Shown here in pieces: positions 19,651 to 29,623 of a stretch of 64,000 nt of DNA. A model generated the notes under the pieces. That model worked only from the letters and a program-made list of their open reading frames with translations, had not been told where the DNA came from and did no database searches. This stretch comes from an uncultured Chloroflexia bacterium (lineage in GTDB: Bacteria; Chloroflexota; Limnocylindria; Limnocylindrales; CSP1-4): the NCBI GenBank assembly GCA_963833225.1, contig CAWHXD010000017.1, forward strand, positions 96,001-160,000, read 5' to 3'. Each line of letters starts with the position of its first letter. The first letter of the stretch is position 1. A program made the translations under genes and the position numbers.

Positions 19651-20215
19651 CCCCTCTCCCTCTACCCTCCGAGGCGCCGACGGCGCCTGCGGCTGTGTCG
19701 GTCTCCCGGACGATGAGCCCGGTCCCGGCAACCCCGATCACCTCGACGGTGCGACCCGCCGCGATCTCCGAGTCGGCCGTGGCCGAGAACTCGTGCGTCT
19801 GCCCCTCGGCCTTGACCAGCACGCTCCCGTAGCGACCGGCCGGCACGCCAACGGCGACGTACGCCGAGCTGCCGACCAGGTCCGAGAGCGTGAACGGCTC
19901 CTCGCTCTCGCTCCTGCGCAGCAGGCCGAACAGGGCACCGGCGAGCAGGGCTCCCCCGAGGCCCGAGAGGACCCCGATGATCGCCGCCTCGGCACCGTGC
20001 GCCCCGATGACCTGGGTGGCGAACAGGCCGCCCGCGCCGAACATGCCGATGAACCCGAGCAGGATCGGCGTGATGGAGGTCCCGCCGACATCGAAGCCGA
20101 AGCCGTCGAGCAGCCCGCCCAGAACGTCGTCGAACACCACCGTGAACAGCAGCAGCAGGCCGCCGACCAGCGCGGCGAGACCGAATACCCAGTCCTCGAT
20201 CGGGATCGTGATCAT
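19643..20215 (-). CDS. Short NfeD-like protein (YuaF type)
   Basis: Three hydrophobic segments plus an OB-like tail (GRYGSVLVKAEG). Overlaps the flotillin start. Confidence 0.85.
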   Translation of the reverse strand: MITIPIEDWVFGLAALVGGLLLLFTVVFDDVLGGLLDGFGFDVGGTSITPILLGFIGMFGAGGLFATQVIGAHGAEAAIIGVLSGLGGALLAGALFGLLRRSESEEPFTLSDLVGSSAYVAVGVPAGRYGSVLVKAEGQTHEFSATADSEIAAGRTVEVIGVAGTGLIVRETDTAAGAVGASEGRGRGDA

Positions 20216-20370
20216 CCGAGGCCGGCCCACCCTCCCGTGCGACGCCGCAACGGGCGCCTTCGCGCGCCCGCCGTAGCCGAGACGGGCGAATGGCCCCAGC
20301 ATAGGGCCCAGCGATCTGGCGCGGAACGGGCAATCGGCAATGTCGAATGGCAGGCCCGGGGCCCGCGGGA

Positions 20371-20884
20371 TCAGTTCCGGCGCCCGTCCTGTGGGTCGCC
20401 GAACAGCAGGCGTGCCCACGACTGGAGCGGCGTCGTCACCTCCGGATCGGCGCCCAGGCGGACCGTGGCGGAACCGGGCGCATCGGCGGGGAGCGGCGGG
20501 GCGTCGTCCGCGAGCGCGAACGGGATCTCGACCGCGGTGCCGAGGCGGTACTGGCGCGCGGCCTGCTCGATGTAGGCCTGGCGCTGGATCAGCGCGAGCT
20601 CGTCCTCCAGGCCCAAGACCTCGGCCTGGAGCAGGTCCGTGGAGGCCTGCATATCGGCGGCCCGCGCCATGGCCTCGCTGGCATCGCCCACCTGGCGGGC
20701 AAACAGGACGATCACCCAGGCAGCCACCAGCGCGCCGATGAGGATGCGCCACCCGGCGACGGGTCAGGCCGGCCACCGGCAGATCCGCGAGCGACCCGAG
20801 GGCGCCGGCAGCGGCCGGCGTCAGCGGGCTCGTGGCATCCGTCTCCGGGGCGCGCCCGAGTGGCCGGGGTGGCCGTGGTGGCAC
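20371..20884 (-). CDS. Septum formation initiator (FtsB/DivIC-like; frameshift near 20745, start uncertain)
   Basis: TM, coiled coil and YIEQAARQYRLG..EIPF motif. The N-terminus (GLTRRRVA) continues in another frame. Confidence 0.7.
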
Positions 20885-21046
20885 GGGGTGGGGTCGTTCG
20901 CCTGTGGGGTCGAGGCATCGAGCCGAGGGTAGCTTCGCCCGATTCGGCTGTCAACCCGGTCCCTGGCGCCGGATTCGGGGGCCGGATGACCCATCCGTGC
21001 ACGCCCTGTGACACCCAAGGTGGCACGCGTCCCGCGCAGCCTGCCG

Positions 21047-21078
21047 TAGACTCGCTCCTGCAATCGATCATGCGTTCT
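21047..21078 (+). promoter_or_regulatory. -10 element (TAGACT) and putative LexA box upstream of mrfA
   Basis: TAGACT at 21047-21052. CGATC-ATGC-GTTCT at 21065-21078 has one mismatch to GAAC-N4-GTTC. Confidence 0.55.
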
Positions 21079-21098
21079 AAATCGAGACCGGAGACGGC

Positions 21099-23459
21099 AT
21101 GCGCACCTACGCTCCCGCCAGCACCCGGACCGTGCTGGACCAGCTGCTCGACGAACCGTCCCTCGCCCGTGGCGTCGTCCACCACGAGGTCCGCGAGGCG
21201 CGCTCCGCGGAGCACGGGGACTGGCCGGACTGGCTGGACCCGCGGATCCGGGCCGGCCTTGCGAAGCGCGGGATCGAGCGGCCGTACACGCACCAGGCGG
21301 ATGCCATCGATGCCGTCCACGCGGGCGAGGACGTCGTGGTGGTGACGCCCACGGCCTCGGGCAAGTCCCTGTGCTACACGGTGCCGGTGCTCCAGGCGCT
21401 GGCCGAGGATCCGTCCGCCCGGGCGCTGTTCCTGTTCCCCACCAAGGCGCTCGGCCAGGACCAGGTCGCCGAGTTCGGGGAGCTCGTCGGGGATGCCGGC
21501 CTCGCGGTCGCGGCCGCCTGCTACGACGGAGACACGCCGGCGCCCATCCGCTCGGCGATCCGCAAGGCCGGACAGGTCGTGGTGACCAACCCGGACATGC
21601 TCCACTCGGCGATCCTCCCCCACCACACCAAGTGGTTCCAGCTGTTCGAGCAGCTGCGCGTCATCGTCGTCGACGAGCTCCACACGTACCGCGGCGTGTT
21701 CGGGTCGCACGTGGCGAATGTCCTGCGACGGCTGCTCCGTCTGTGCGCGCACTACGGGTCCCACCCCGTGATCGTCTGCTGCTCGGCGACGATCGGGAAC
21801 CCGGCCGAGCTCGCCGAGACCCTCACCGGTCGCCCGGTCAGGCTGATCGACCGCAACGGGGCGCCCGCGGGTGAGAAGCACCTCCTGCTGGTGGACCCGC
21901 CCGTGATGGACGCGGCGACGGGAGCGCGGGGCTCCGCGCTCACGCTGGCCCAGCGGTGGGCGCTGCCGTTCCTGCGCGCCGGTCGCCAGACCGTCTTGTT
22001 CGGGAAGAGCCGGGTGGCGGTGGAGATCATGCTCTCCAACCTGCGCGAGACGCTGCGCCAGGATCTCGGGCCGCGCAGCCGGATCCGGGGATACCGGGGC
22101 GGCTACCTGCCAACCGAGCGGCGCTCGATCGAGCGCGGGCTCCGCGACGGCGAGGTGCTGGGCGTCGTGTCGACCAACGCCCTGGAGCTCGGCGTGGACA
22201 TCGGCCGGCTGGACGTTGCCGTCCTGGCCGGGTACCCGGGCTCCATCGCCGCAACGTGGCAGCAGATGGGCCGTGCCGGCCGGCGGGGCGATGTCTCGGT
22301 CGCGGTGCTGGTGGCATCCCCCGCCCCCGTGGACCAGTACGTGATCCACCACCCGGAGTTCGTCCTCGGCGGCCGGCCGGAGGAGGCGCGACTGGACCCG
22401 GACAACCTCCACGTGCTCCTCGCCCACATCCGGTGCGCGGCGTTCGAGCTGCCGTTCGAGCCCGGCGAATGGTTCGGGCCCGGCCCCGCCGATGACCTGC
22501 TCGCCTTCCTCGGTGAAGGGGGCACGGTGCGCCAGGCGGACGATGGGCGCTGGTACTGGAGCTCCGAGAACTTCCCGGCCTCCGAGGTCTCCCTGCGTGC
22601 CGCCGCCCCGGAGAACGTCGTCATCATCGACACCACGCCGGACCGGCCCCGCGTGCTGGGTGAGGTGGACCTGTTCAGCGCCCAGGTCCTCGTCCACCAG
22701 CACGCGATCTACATGCACGAGTCGGTGCAGTACCACGTGGACCGGCTGGAGTGGGGCGAACGCAAGGCCTACGTCCACCGGATCGATGCGGACCACTACA
22801 CGTATGCGAACCGCGCCGTGACGCTCAAGCCGCTTGACGTGTTCGCCCAGGGGCCGGCGACCGGCGGGTCCCGCGTTCACGGCGAGGTGATGGTCGCGAG
22901 CCTGGTCACCCTGTACAAGAAGCTCAAGTTCATCACCGACGAGAACGTTGGCTGGGGACCCATCGACCTGCCGGAGATCGAGCTCCAGACCACCGCCTAC
23001 TGGCTGACCGCCGAGGCGGCTGCCGCCGGCTGGCGGCGGGACGAGCTGGACGTGGCGCTGATCGGCGCCGGGCGGGCGATCCAGGCGGTGGCCGCCGTGC
23101 TGCTCATGGTGGACCCCCGTGACCTGGGTCTCGTCGCCCAGGTCCGGTCCCCACACCACGAGGCGCCCACCATCTACCTGTACGAGGCGATGCCCGGTGG
23201 CGTCGGGCTGTCCGAGCGGCTGTTCGCGCGCCATGCCGAGCTCGTCGAGGGCGCCGCGGACCTCATCCGCGCCTGCCCGTGCGAGGCGGGGTGCCCGGCA
23301 TGCACCGGGCCGCGCCTTGAGCCAGAGGTGGATGGCAAGGCGCTTGCGCTCCGCCTGCTGGCCGAGCTCGGGTCGGAAGCGCCGACGGAATCGGCGGCCG
23401 GCGCACGTCGATCCGCCTCCGGGCACCATCCCGGTGCGCCCGCGGCTGCAGTCGCGTGA
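21099..23459 (+). CDS. mrfA: DEAD/DEAH helicase with DUF1998 (MrfA/YprA/Hrq1 family)
   Basis: TPTASGKSLCY, DELHTYRGVFGSH, NALELGVDIG, QQMGRAGRR, C-terminal CPCEAGCPAC. Confidence 0.92.
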   Translation: MRTYAPASTRTVLDQLLDEPSLARGVVHHEVREARSAEHGDWPDWLDPRIRAGLAKRGIERPYTHQADAIDAVHAGEDVVVVTPTASGKSLCYTVPVLQALAEDPSARALFLFPTKALGQDQVAEFGELVGDAGLAVAAACYDGDTPAPIRSAIRKAGQVVVTNPDMLHSAILPHHTKWFQLFEQLRVIVVDELHTYRGVFGSHVANVLRRLLRLCAHYGSHPVIVCCSATIGNPAELAETLTGRPVRLIDRNGAPAGEKHLLLVDPPVMDAATGARGSALTLAQRWALPFLRAGRQTVLFGKSRVAVEIMLSNLRETLRQDLGPRSRIRGYRGGYLPTERRSIERGLRDGEVLGVVSTNALELGVDIGRLDVAVLAGYPGSIAATWQQMGRAGRRGDVSVAVLVASPAPVDQYVIHHPEFVLGGRPEEARLDPDNLHVLLAHIRCAAFELPFEPGEWFGPGPADDLLAFLGEGGTVRQADDGRWYWSSENFPASEVSLRAAAPENVVIIDTTPDRPRVLGEVDLFSAQVLVHQHAIYMHESVQYHVDRLEWGERKAYVHRIDADHYTYANRAVTLKPLDVFAQGPATGGSRVHGEVMVASLVTLYKKLKFITDENVGWGPIDLPEIELQTTAYWLTAEAAAAGWRRDELDVALIGAGRAIQAVAAVLLMVDPRDLGLVAQVRSPHHEAPTIYLYEAMPGGVGLSERLFARHAELVEGAADLIRACPCEAGCPACTGPRLEPEVDGKALALRLLAELGSEAPTESAAGARRSASGHHPGAPAAAVA

Positions 23460-24953
23460 CCGCGGACACGGCGGGCCCGGTCACGCGAGAGCGTCGCCTC
23501 GCGAACCTGCGGGCGACGCTGGCCCGGTCGGGCGGCGCGCCGATCGGACCGGACCAGGAGCCCGCCCGGGCACCGTTCGCGGGCCGCCGGAGCCCGGTCC
23601 TCGCGGCCCGGCTCGCCGCGGTGCTCGGAGCGGACGTGGTGGTGGACGCCGGCGCGTTCCTCGTCCGACGCGACGTGCCGCCCGTGGAGATCCCCGTCGA
23701 CCGCGAACGGCTCGCCCGTCTCCCCGGCCATCCCCCCGTCGACGCACCCCTGGTCTGCATCGACACCGAGACGACCGGCCTCGCGACCGCCGCGGGAACG
23801 CTGGCGTTCCTCGTCGGGCTTGCCCGCTGGGAGGGATCGGCCTTCCACCAGACCCAGCTCCTGCTCCCCGACCACGCCGACGAGCCGGCGATGCTCGCCG
23901 AGATCGCGCGCTGGGTCACGCCCGATTCCTGGCTGGTGAGCTACAACGGCCGCGGGTTTGACTGGCCGCTCATCGAGGCCCGGTACCGTCTTGCCGGACG
24001 CGCGGCACCGGCCCATGCCGGACACCTGGACCTGCTGCCCTTCGTCCGGCGCGTGTTCCGCCACCGGATGGAGAACGCGAGGCTCCGGAGCGTCGAGACG
24101 GAGCTGCTGGGGGTCTCGCGCGTCGGTGACGTCGAGGGCTGGGAGATCCCGTCCATCTACCTGGACGTGCTGAGGGGCGGTCCGATCGGCCCCCTGGCCG
24201 GGGTCGTGGTCCACAACGAGAAGGACGTCCGCTCGCTCGGGCTGCTGCTCGCCCACGTCGAGCATCGGTACGTGGACCGGGCGACCCGTCACGAGGCCCC
24301 CCGCGGGGATCTTGCGGGCCTGGCCCGGGCCTACGCGCAGGGACCGCCGGCACGAGGAGGCGCTCGAGTGCCTGGACGACGCGCTCGCCGCGGAGCCGCC
24401 GGTGCGGGACCCGTTCGGGCGCAGCGCCGTCGAGCCGGTGCTCGCGCGCGAGGCGGCAGCCGAGGAGCGCGAGCCGTGGTGGACGCCGCGGGTCCGGCCA
24501 ACCTTCGGAGGGCGCGCACCGGCGGCCGGCTGGCGTGGCGAGCTCGCCAACGGCCGTGGCGGACCGCTGGGGCCGTCACCCTCGTCGGGCGCCTGGGACG
24601 TGAGCACCGGCCGCTGGACGGACGAGCGGCTGGCCGCCGAGCGAGCCAGGACGCTGCGGCGGCTGGGGCGCTGGTCGGAGGCCGTCGAGGCATGGCAGAC
24701 CGCAGCCGCAGCGGGAGGCGGTCTCGGGGCCATCGCCTGGATCGAGGTGGCGAAGCTCCGGGAACACCGGCTCGCGGACCCGGGAGGCGCGCTCGCCGCG
24801 ACGCGGGCGGCGTGGCGATTGCTGGAACGCCTCCGGGTCACCGGGCGGGCGCACCCGCGCCTCGAGGCGGACCTCCAGCGGCGTGGAGCCAGGCTGGCGA
24901 CACGGATCCGGCGGCAGACCGGCGGGGACGCCGCGGTGTCCGCGCCGCCGTAG
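23456..24953 (+). CDS. mrfB: MrfB/YprB RNase H-like exonuclease with TPR-like tail (frameshift near 24340)
   Basis: DTETTGL, SYNGRGFDWP, HNEKD. The tail (IEVAKLREHRLAD) is in the 24312..24953 frame. Coupled to mrfA. Confidence 0.85.
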
Positions 24954-24955
24954 GG

Positions 24956-25894
24956 CTACAGCCCCAGGTTCCTGAGGAACTCGCGGTTCGCGCGTTGACC
25001 GGCCACGACGTCCTCGCGGGTGACCTCGGGGCCGAGGAACTGGTCCTGCTCCACGACGACCCATCCCTGGTAGCCGCTCTCGGCGAGCGCGCCAACGACG
25101 GCCGGGATGTCCGCGTCGCCGGCGCCGAGCGGGCTGAACACGCCGCCGGCCAGCGCGGCCACGACGTCCTGGCCCCGCGCCACCACGTCGTCCAGCACCT
25201 GCATCCGGCAGTCCTTCACGTGGACATGCCGGGTGACCGACGCATAGTCGCGCAGGCACTGGGCCGGGTTGGCGCCGCCAAAGCGGAAGTGCCCGGTGTC
25301 GAGGCAGAGACCCACGATCGACGGGTCCATGGTGTTGACCAGGCGGTCGATCTCGGCCGCTGTCTCGAGGTAGGTCCCGGCGTGGGGATGGATGACCGGC
25401 TCGAACCCCAGGGAGCGCGCCCGTTCGGCGGAGCGGTGCATGTTGGAGATCAACCGGTCCCAGCCGGCGTCGTCGAGCAGCGCATCCGGGCGACGGTCGA
25501 TCCGGCCCGCCGCCTGCAGCCGCAGCGGGATGTCGATGGCCGCGCACAGGACGGCAAACGGCCGCGCACCCGGCGGGAGGCCGCGGCGGAGGTCGGCGAG
25601 CAGGCTCGCCATCCACTCCCGGTCTCCCGGGGCACGAGCGTCGTCGTGGAAGGCCTGGGGCAGGAACGTGCCGATGAACTCGAGGTTGCGTGCCGCCAGG
25701 CGCTGCCCCATCTGCGCGCCATCGCCCAGGAACCCCGGCGGACCGAGCTCGGTGCCCTCGTAGTCCAGCTCGGCCATCCAGTCGAGCATCTCGTCCGGCC
25801 CGGGCATCCAGATGTCATCGACGATGACCTCATCAACCCCGAACGAGCATGGGGCGGAGGCGACCCGGATGCCGCTGAGCCCTGTCCCGGTCAT
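24956..25894 (-). CDS. Sugar phosphate isomerase/epimerase (IolE-like TIM barrel)
   Basis: SAPCSFGV, GTELGPPGFL, HPHAGT, LDTGH, HVHVKD, VVEQD. Confidence 0.85.
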   Translation of the reverse strand: MTGTGLSGIRVASAPCSFGVDEVIVDDIWMPGPDEMLDWMAELDYEGTELGPPGFLGDGAQMGQRLAARNLEFIGTFLPQAFHDDARAPGDREWMASLLADLRRGLPPGARPFAVLCAAIDIPLRLQAAGRIDRRPDALLDDAGWDRLISNMHRSAERARSLGFEPVIHPHAGTYLETAAEIDRLVNTMDPSIVGLCLDTGHFRFGGANPAQCLRDYASVTRHVHVKDCRMQVLDDVVARGQDVVAALAGGVFSPLGAGDADIPAVVGALAESGYQGWVVVEQDQFLGPEVTREDVVAGQRANREFLRNLGL

Positions 25895-26895
25895 GGCGTG
25901 ATCACCACCTTCGTCGCCCGGCCGGACTTGAGGGCGGCCAGTCCCTCCTCCACGCGCGCGAGCGGCATCACGTCGGACACCAGCGGCGCCAGGTCCAGGG
26001 CCCCGCTCTCGATCAGCCGGATGGCCTGGGGAAACGTGAAGTTCGTGATGTAGCTGCCGATCACGGTCAGCCCCTTCTCGGTGATCTCGACCTGGTGCAC
26101 GGGAGGCCGGGCGTTGATGTTCATCCCGAACAGGATCACGCGGGCGCCCATCGCGGCCGCATCGATCGCCTCCGGCAGGACGCTTCCGACCGCGTCGATG
26201 ACCACGTCGGCTCCCGCAGGGAGGAGCTCCGCGCGCCGGCGCTCCCAGGCGTCTGGCGCCAGGACGTGCGTCGCGCCCATCGCGAGCGCCACCGGGGCGC
26301 GTTCCGGGTTTGGCTCGACCACCACGAGCATCGCGGCCCCCGCGGCGTGCAGGACAGCCGTGAACAGGCAGCCGATCGCACCGGCGCCGAACACCACCGC
26401 GGTCTCGCCCGGGCGAAGCGCCGCCCGGTTCGTGCCGTTGACGACGCAGGCCAGCGGTTCGGCGAGCGCGGCGAGGGTTGCCGGGACGTCGTCCCGGATC
26501 GGGTGGCAGGTCTCGGCGGGCGTCGTCACCAGGCGGGCGAGCGCCCCGTCGCGGTACACCCCGAGGGCGACGATGTTCTCGCAGTTCGCCGGCCGGCCGG
26601 ACCGGCACGGTCCGCACGACCCGCACTTCGGGTCCGGGTCCACGATCACCCGCGTCCCCGCCTCCACGCCGCGCACGCCAGGTCCGAGCGCCGTGACCCG
26701 CCCCACGAACTCGTGCCCGAGGATGACGCCCGGCGTGGCCGGATGGCGCGGTGGGACGTCAAGGACCGCCAGGTCCGACCCGCAGACCCCGCACGCCTCC
26801 ACCTCGACGAGGACCTCGCCCGGCCCTGGCTCCGGCTCAGCCCGGTCCTCGATCACCAGGCGTCCGTCGCCCGCGAACACGGCCGCCTGCATCAT
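25891..26895 (-). CDS. Zinc-dependent (polyol/threonine-type) dehydrogenase
   Basis: CGVCGSD, GHEFVG, CGSCGPC...C, GAGAIG. Confidence 0.9.
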   Translation of the reverse strand: MMQAAVFAGDGRLVIEDRAEPEPGPGEVLVEVEACGVCGSDLAVLDVPPRHPATPGVILGHEFVGRVTALGPGVRGVEAGTRVIVDPDPKCGSCGPCRSGRPANCENIVALGVYRDGALARLVTTPAETCHPIRDDVPATLAALAEPLACVVNGTNRAALRPGETAVVFGAGAIGCLFTAVLHAAGAAMLVVVEPNPERAPVALAMGATHVLAPDAWERRRAELLPAGADVVIDAVGSVLPEAIDAAAMGARVILFGMNINARPPVHQVEITEKGLTVIGSYITNFTFPQAIRLIESGALDLAPLVSDVMPLARVEEGLAALKSGRATKVVITP

Positions 26896-26957
26896 TCCGG
26901 CCTCCTCTGGATCCACGCCGCCCACGTCCCGCGCGAGATCCGACTCCGCACGCCCAG

Positions 26958-27005
26958 CGCAAGCGGTTGCGTTGCGACGCTACCACCGGGTCCGGGGGGT
27001 GTCAA
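26958..27005 (-). promoter_or_regulatory. Sigma70 promoter with LacI-type operator
   Basis: TTGACA (27005-27000), 17-nt spacer, TAGCGT (26982-26977). Palindrome CGCAAgCGgTTGCG at 26958-26971. Confidence 0.75.
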
Positions 27006-27066
27006 CGAGCCACGACGGCAGCGAAGGAGCGACGCCGCCAGGCGCCCCACTCGCCCTGCGCGCCGG

Positions 27067-27982
27067 TCAGTCCGGGTTGTCGCCGCCGTGCATCCGCCGG
27101 ACCGCGTCCGCGAGGTGCGGCACGCCGTACAGGCCCGGACCCTCCAGGACCAGCGACCCGCAGGCAGCCCCCAGGCGCAGGTCGGGATCCGGCCCATCCC
27201 AGTCGGCAGTGACCCCTGGGCGCACCCAGGCCGCGAACGTCCCGGCGAGGAACGTGTCGCCGGCACCGACCGGATCCACGTAGCTCTCGATCGGGATGCT
27301 GCGCCAGTGGCGTGGCGCCAGCTGGTCGGGCGTGGCGCCGATCTTGAAGGCCGTCCCGCCGTGGATCCCGTCGGTGAACAGCAGCGTCGCGCCGGGCTTC
27401 ATCAGCGCCGCGAGGTGGACGGGTGTCGTCGCCCGGTCGACGTCGTCGCTGCCCACGCCCACCAGGTCCGCGCGGCGGACGACGGCTGACGGGCCGGGGG
27501 CCAGGTGGCGGACCGGGGCGCCGCTCTCGAGCACGCGGAGCAGTCCCTGCCAGCCAAGGGCCACGAGAGCGCCGGACGGCGGGACCGCGGCCCAATCGTC
27601 GCGGACCTCGGCCGCCACGGGCGCGAACATCCACGCCCCCACCGATCGCCATGCCTCGGGAAGCGCGGCAGGATCCACCGGGTCCGAGACCTGCGGCGTC
27701 TGCTGCACGCGGCCGGTGGGCGTCTCGATGTTGATGAACACCGGGCCCGCGCGATCCGGGGATCACGTGGATGTCAACGCCCGCGTCGCGGACCATGTCC
27801 AGCTCGGTGGAGCCGGCGGCGAGCTCGTCCGCGACGACCAGGGCGGCGACCCGGAGCCCGAGCCTCGCCAGGGCGAGGGCGGAGTACGATGCGCCGCCGC
27901 CGAGCCGCCAACCGCGCTCGTCGTCGTCGACGAGGTCCCGACAGGCCGCCCCAACCACCACGACCTCGGGCGCGTCGCTCAT
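27067..27982 (-). CDS. PfkB family carbohydrate kinase (frameshift near 27745)
   Basis: N-terminal LGGGASYSALALARLG and C-terminal VDPVGAGDTF are in two different frames. Confidence 0.85.
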
Positions 27983-28093
27983 CCGTCCCTCCAAGGAAGG
28001 CCCGGATGGACCCGCCTATACTGGCCGTCCCCGCGCGCACCTGCGCGCCGAGTGGCCTCGTCTCCGGCCGCTCCCCGACCGAGGTTCCTAATC

Positions 28094-28438
28094 ATGCACT
28101 TCTACGAGCTTCACGAGGGCGACGACGACGTCTTCGCCGATCTCCTCCTCGCCCGGGAGGAGGAGATGGACCCCGAGGAGTTCTTCGACGTCGTGCAGTC
28201 CGTCCGCCGCCGCGTCATCGAGTCGTTCGAGCAGAACACGCTGGTGGAGGCGATCGCCGAGGAGCTGGAGCGCGACTACGGGTTCATCGCGATCACGGAC
28301 GACCGGCTGACCGCGGCCGTGAACGTCTCGCGCGAGGATGACGAGAACTTCCTCGCCGATCTCGACGCGCCCGAGGAGCCGACGGACTACCTGTCGATCC
28401 TGGCGGACCTCCAGGCGGAGGGCGGCCGCCCGAACTGA
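28094..28438 (+). CDS. Small, highly acidic hypothetical protein
   Basis: MHFYELHEGDDD...; GAGG RBS, upstream TATACT at 28017-28022, GC3-rich codons. Confidence 0.8.
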   Translation: MHFYELHEGDDDVFADLLLAREEEMDPEEFFDVVQSVRRRVIESFEQNTLVEAIAEELERDYGFIAITDDRLTAAVNVSREDDENFLADLDAPEEPTDYLSILADLQAEGGRPN

Positions 28439-28465
28439 GCCGGGAGCCCTCCGGGTGCGGATCGC

Positions 28466-29569
28466 CTACCGGCTGAACAGGATCTCGATGACGTCCCCGT
28501 CCTTCACCCGATAGGTCTTGCCCTCGGAACGCACCTTGCCGTGCTTCTTGGCCTCGGCGATGGACCCCAGGGCGAGCAGGTCCTCGTAGGGGATCGTCTC
28601 CGCGCGGATGAATCCCCGGGCAAGGTCCGTGTGGATGGCGCCCGCCGCGTCGACCGCGTTGGATCCGTCGGTGATCGGCCACGCGCGGACCTCGTCGGGA
28701 CCGGCCGTCAGGAAGGAGATCAGCCCGACCAGCCGATACGAGAGGGCGATCACGCGGTCCAGCGCCGACTCGGCCAGGCCCAGCTCCTCCATGAACACCG
28801 CGGCCTCGTCGGGCTCGAGCTCCCCGAGCTCCATCTCGATCTTGGCCGACAGCGCGTCGACCATCGCGTGCCGGTGGTCGTAGCCGGCCTGGATCCGCTC
28901 GATGAGCGACGGCGCCCCGGCAAGCTCCCCCTCGCCCACGTTGAGCAGCACGAGCACCGGCTTCTGGGTCAGGAACCGGTAGCCGCGAAGCGCCTTCTCC
29001 TCGTCATCGTCGAGCGGCTCATCGCGGATCGGGCGACCAGCCTCGAGCGCGGGCTTGAGCCGCTCGAGGATCACCTGCTCGCGCTCGTTGGCCTCGCGCT
29101 CGGCAGGGGTGCCGTGGCGCCCGGAGCCCGCGAGGCGTTCGAGACGGCGATCGACCATCGCAAGGTCCGCGAGGATGAACTCGAGGTCCAGCTGCTCGAG
29201 ATCCCGGGCGGGATCCACCGAGCCCGATGGATGCGGGTGCGCCTCGGACTCCCACGCTCGGACGACGTGGATCAGGGCGTCCGAATCGCGGAGCCGGGCG
29301 AGGTGCTCGGCGGGCAGCTCCTCCGCGCCGACATGTCCCTCGGACGACGCGGGCGGCGCGGGCAGGTCCACGTAGGTGACGTCCGCGTGGACGATCTTCT
29401 TGGGCTTGAACACCGCGGCGAGCTTGTCCAGGCGCTCGTCGGGGACCTTGACGACGCCCACGTTGAGCTGGAGGCCACCGTAGCCACCGGTCTCGGCGTG
29501 GCCACGGGTGAGCGTGTTGAACACGGTGGTCTTGCCGCACCCGGCAAGCCCGACGATGGCGATCTGCAT
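28466..29569 (-). CDS. ychF: Redox-regulated ATPase YchF
   Basis: GKTTVFNTLT, VPDERLD, AGAIHTDLARGFIRAE, YRVKDGDVI. Confidence 0.95.
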   Translation of the reverse strand: MQIAIVGLAGCGKTTVFNTLTRGHAETGGYGGLQLNVGVVKVPDERLDKLAAVFKPKKIVHADVTYVDLPAPPASSEGHVGAEELPAEHLARLRDSDALIHVVRAWESEAHPHPSGSVDPARDLEQLDLEFILADLAMVDRRLERLAGSGRHGTPAEREANEREQVILERLKPALEAGRPIRDEPLDDDEEKALRGYRFLTQKPVLVLLNVGEGELAGAPSLIERIQAGYDHRHAMVDALSAKIEMELGELEPDEAAVFMEELGLAESALDRVIALSYRLVGLISFLTAGPDEVRAWPITDGSNAVDAAGAIHTDLARGFIRAETIPYEDLLALGSIAEAKKHGKVRSEGKTYRVKDGDVIEILFSR

Positions 29570-29623
29570 GGGTGGATGCTACCGGCCGGTGGCGACGCGG
29601 GCGCGCTCGCTCCCGGACATCGC

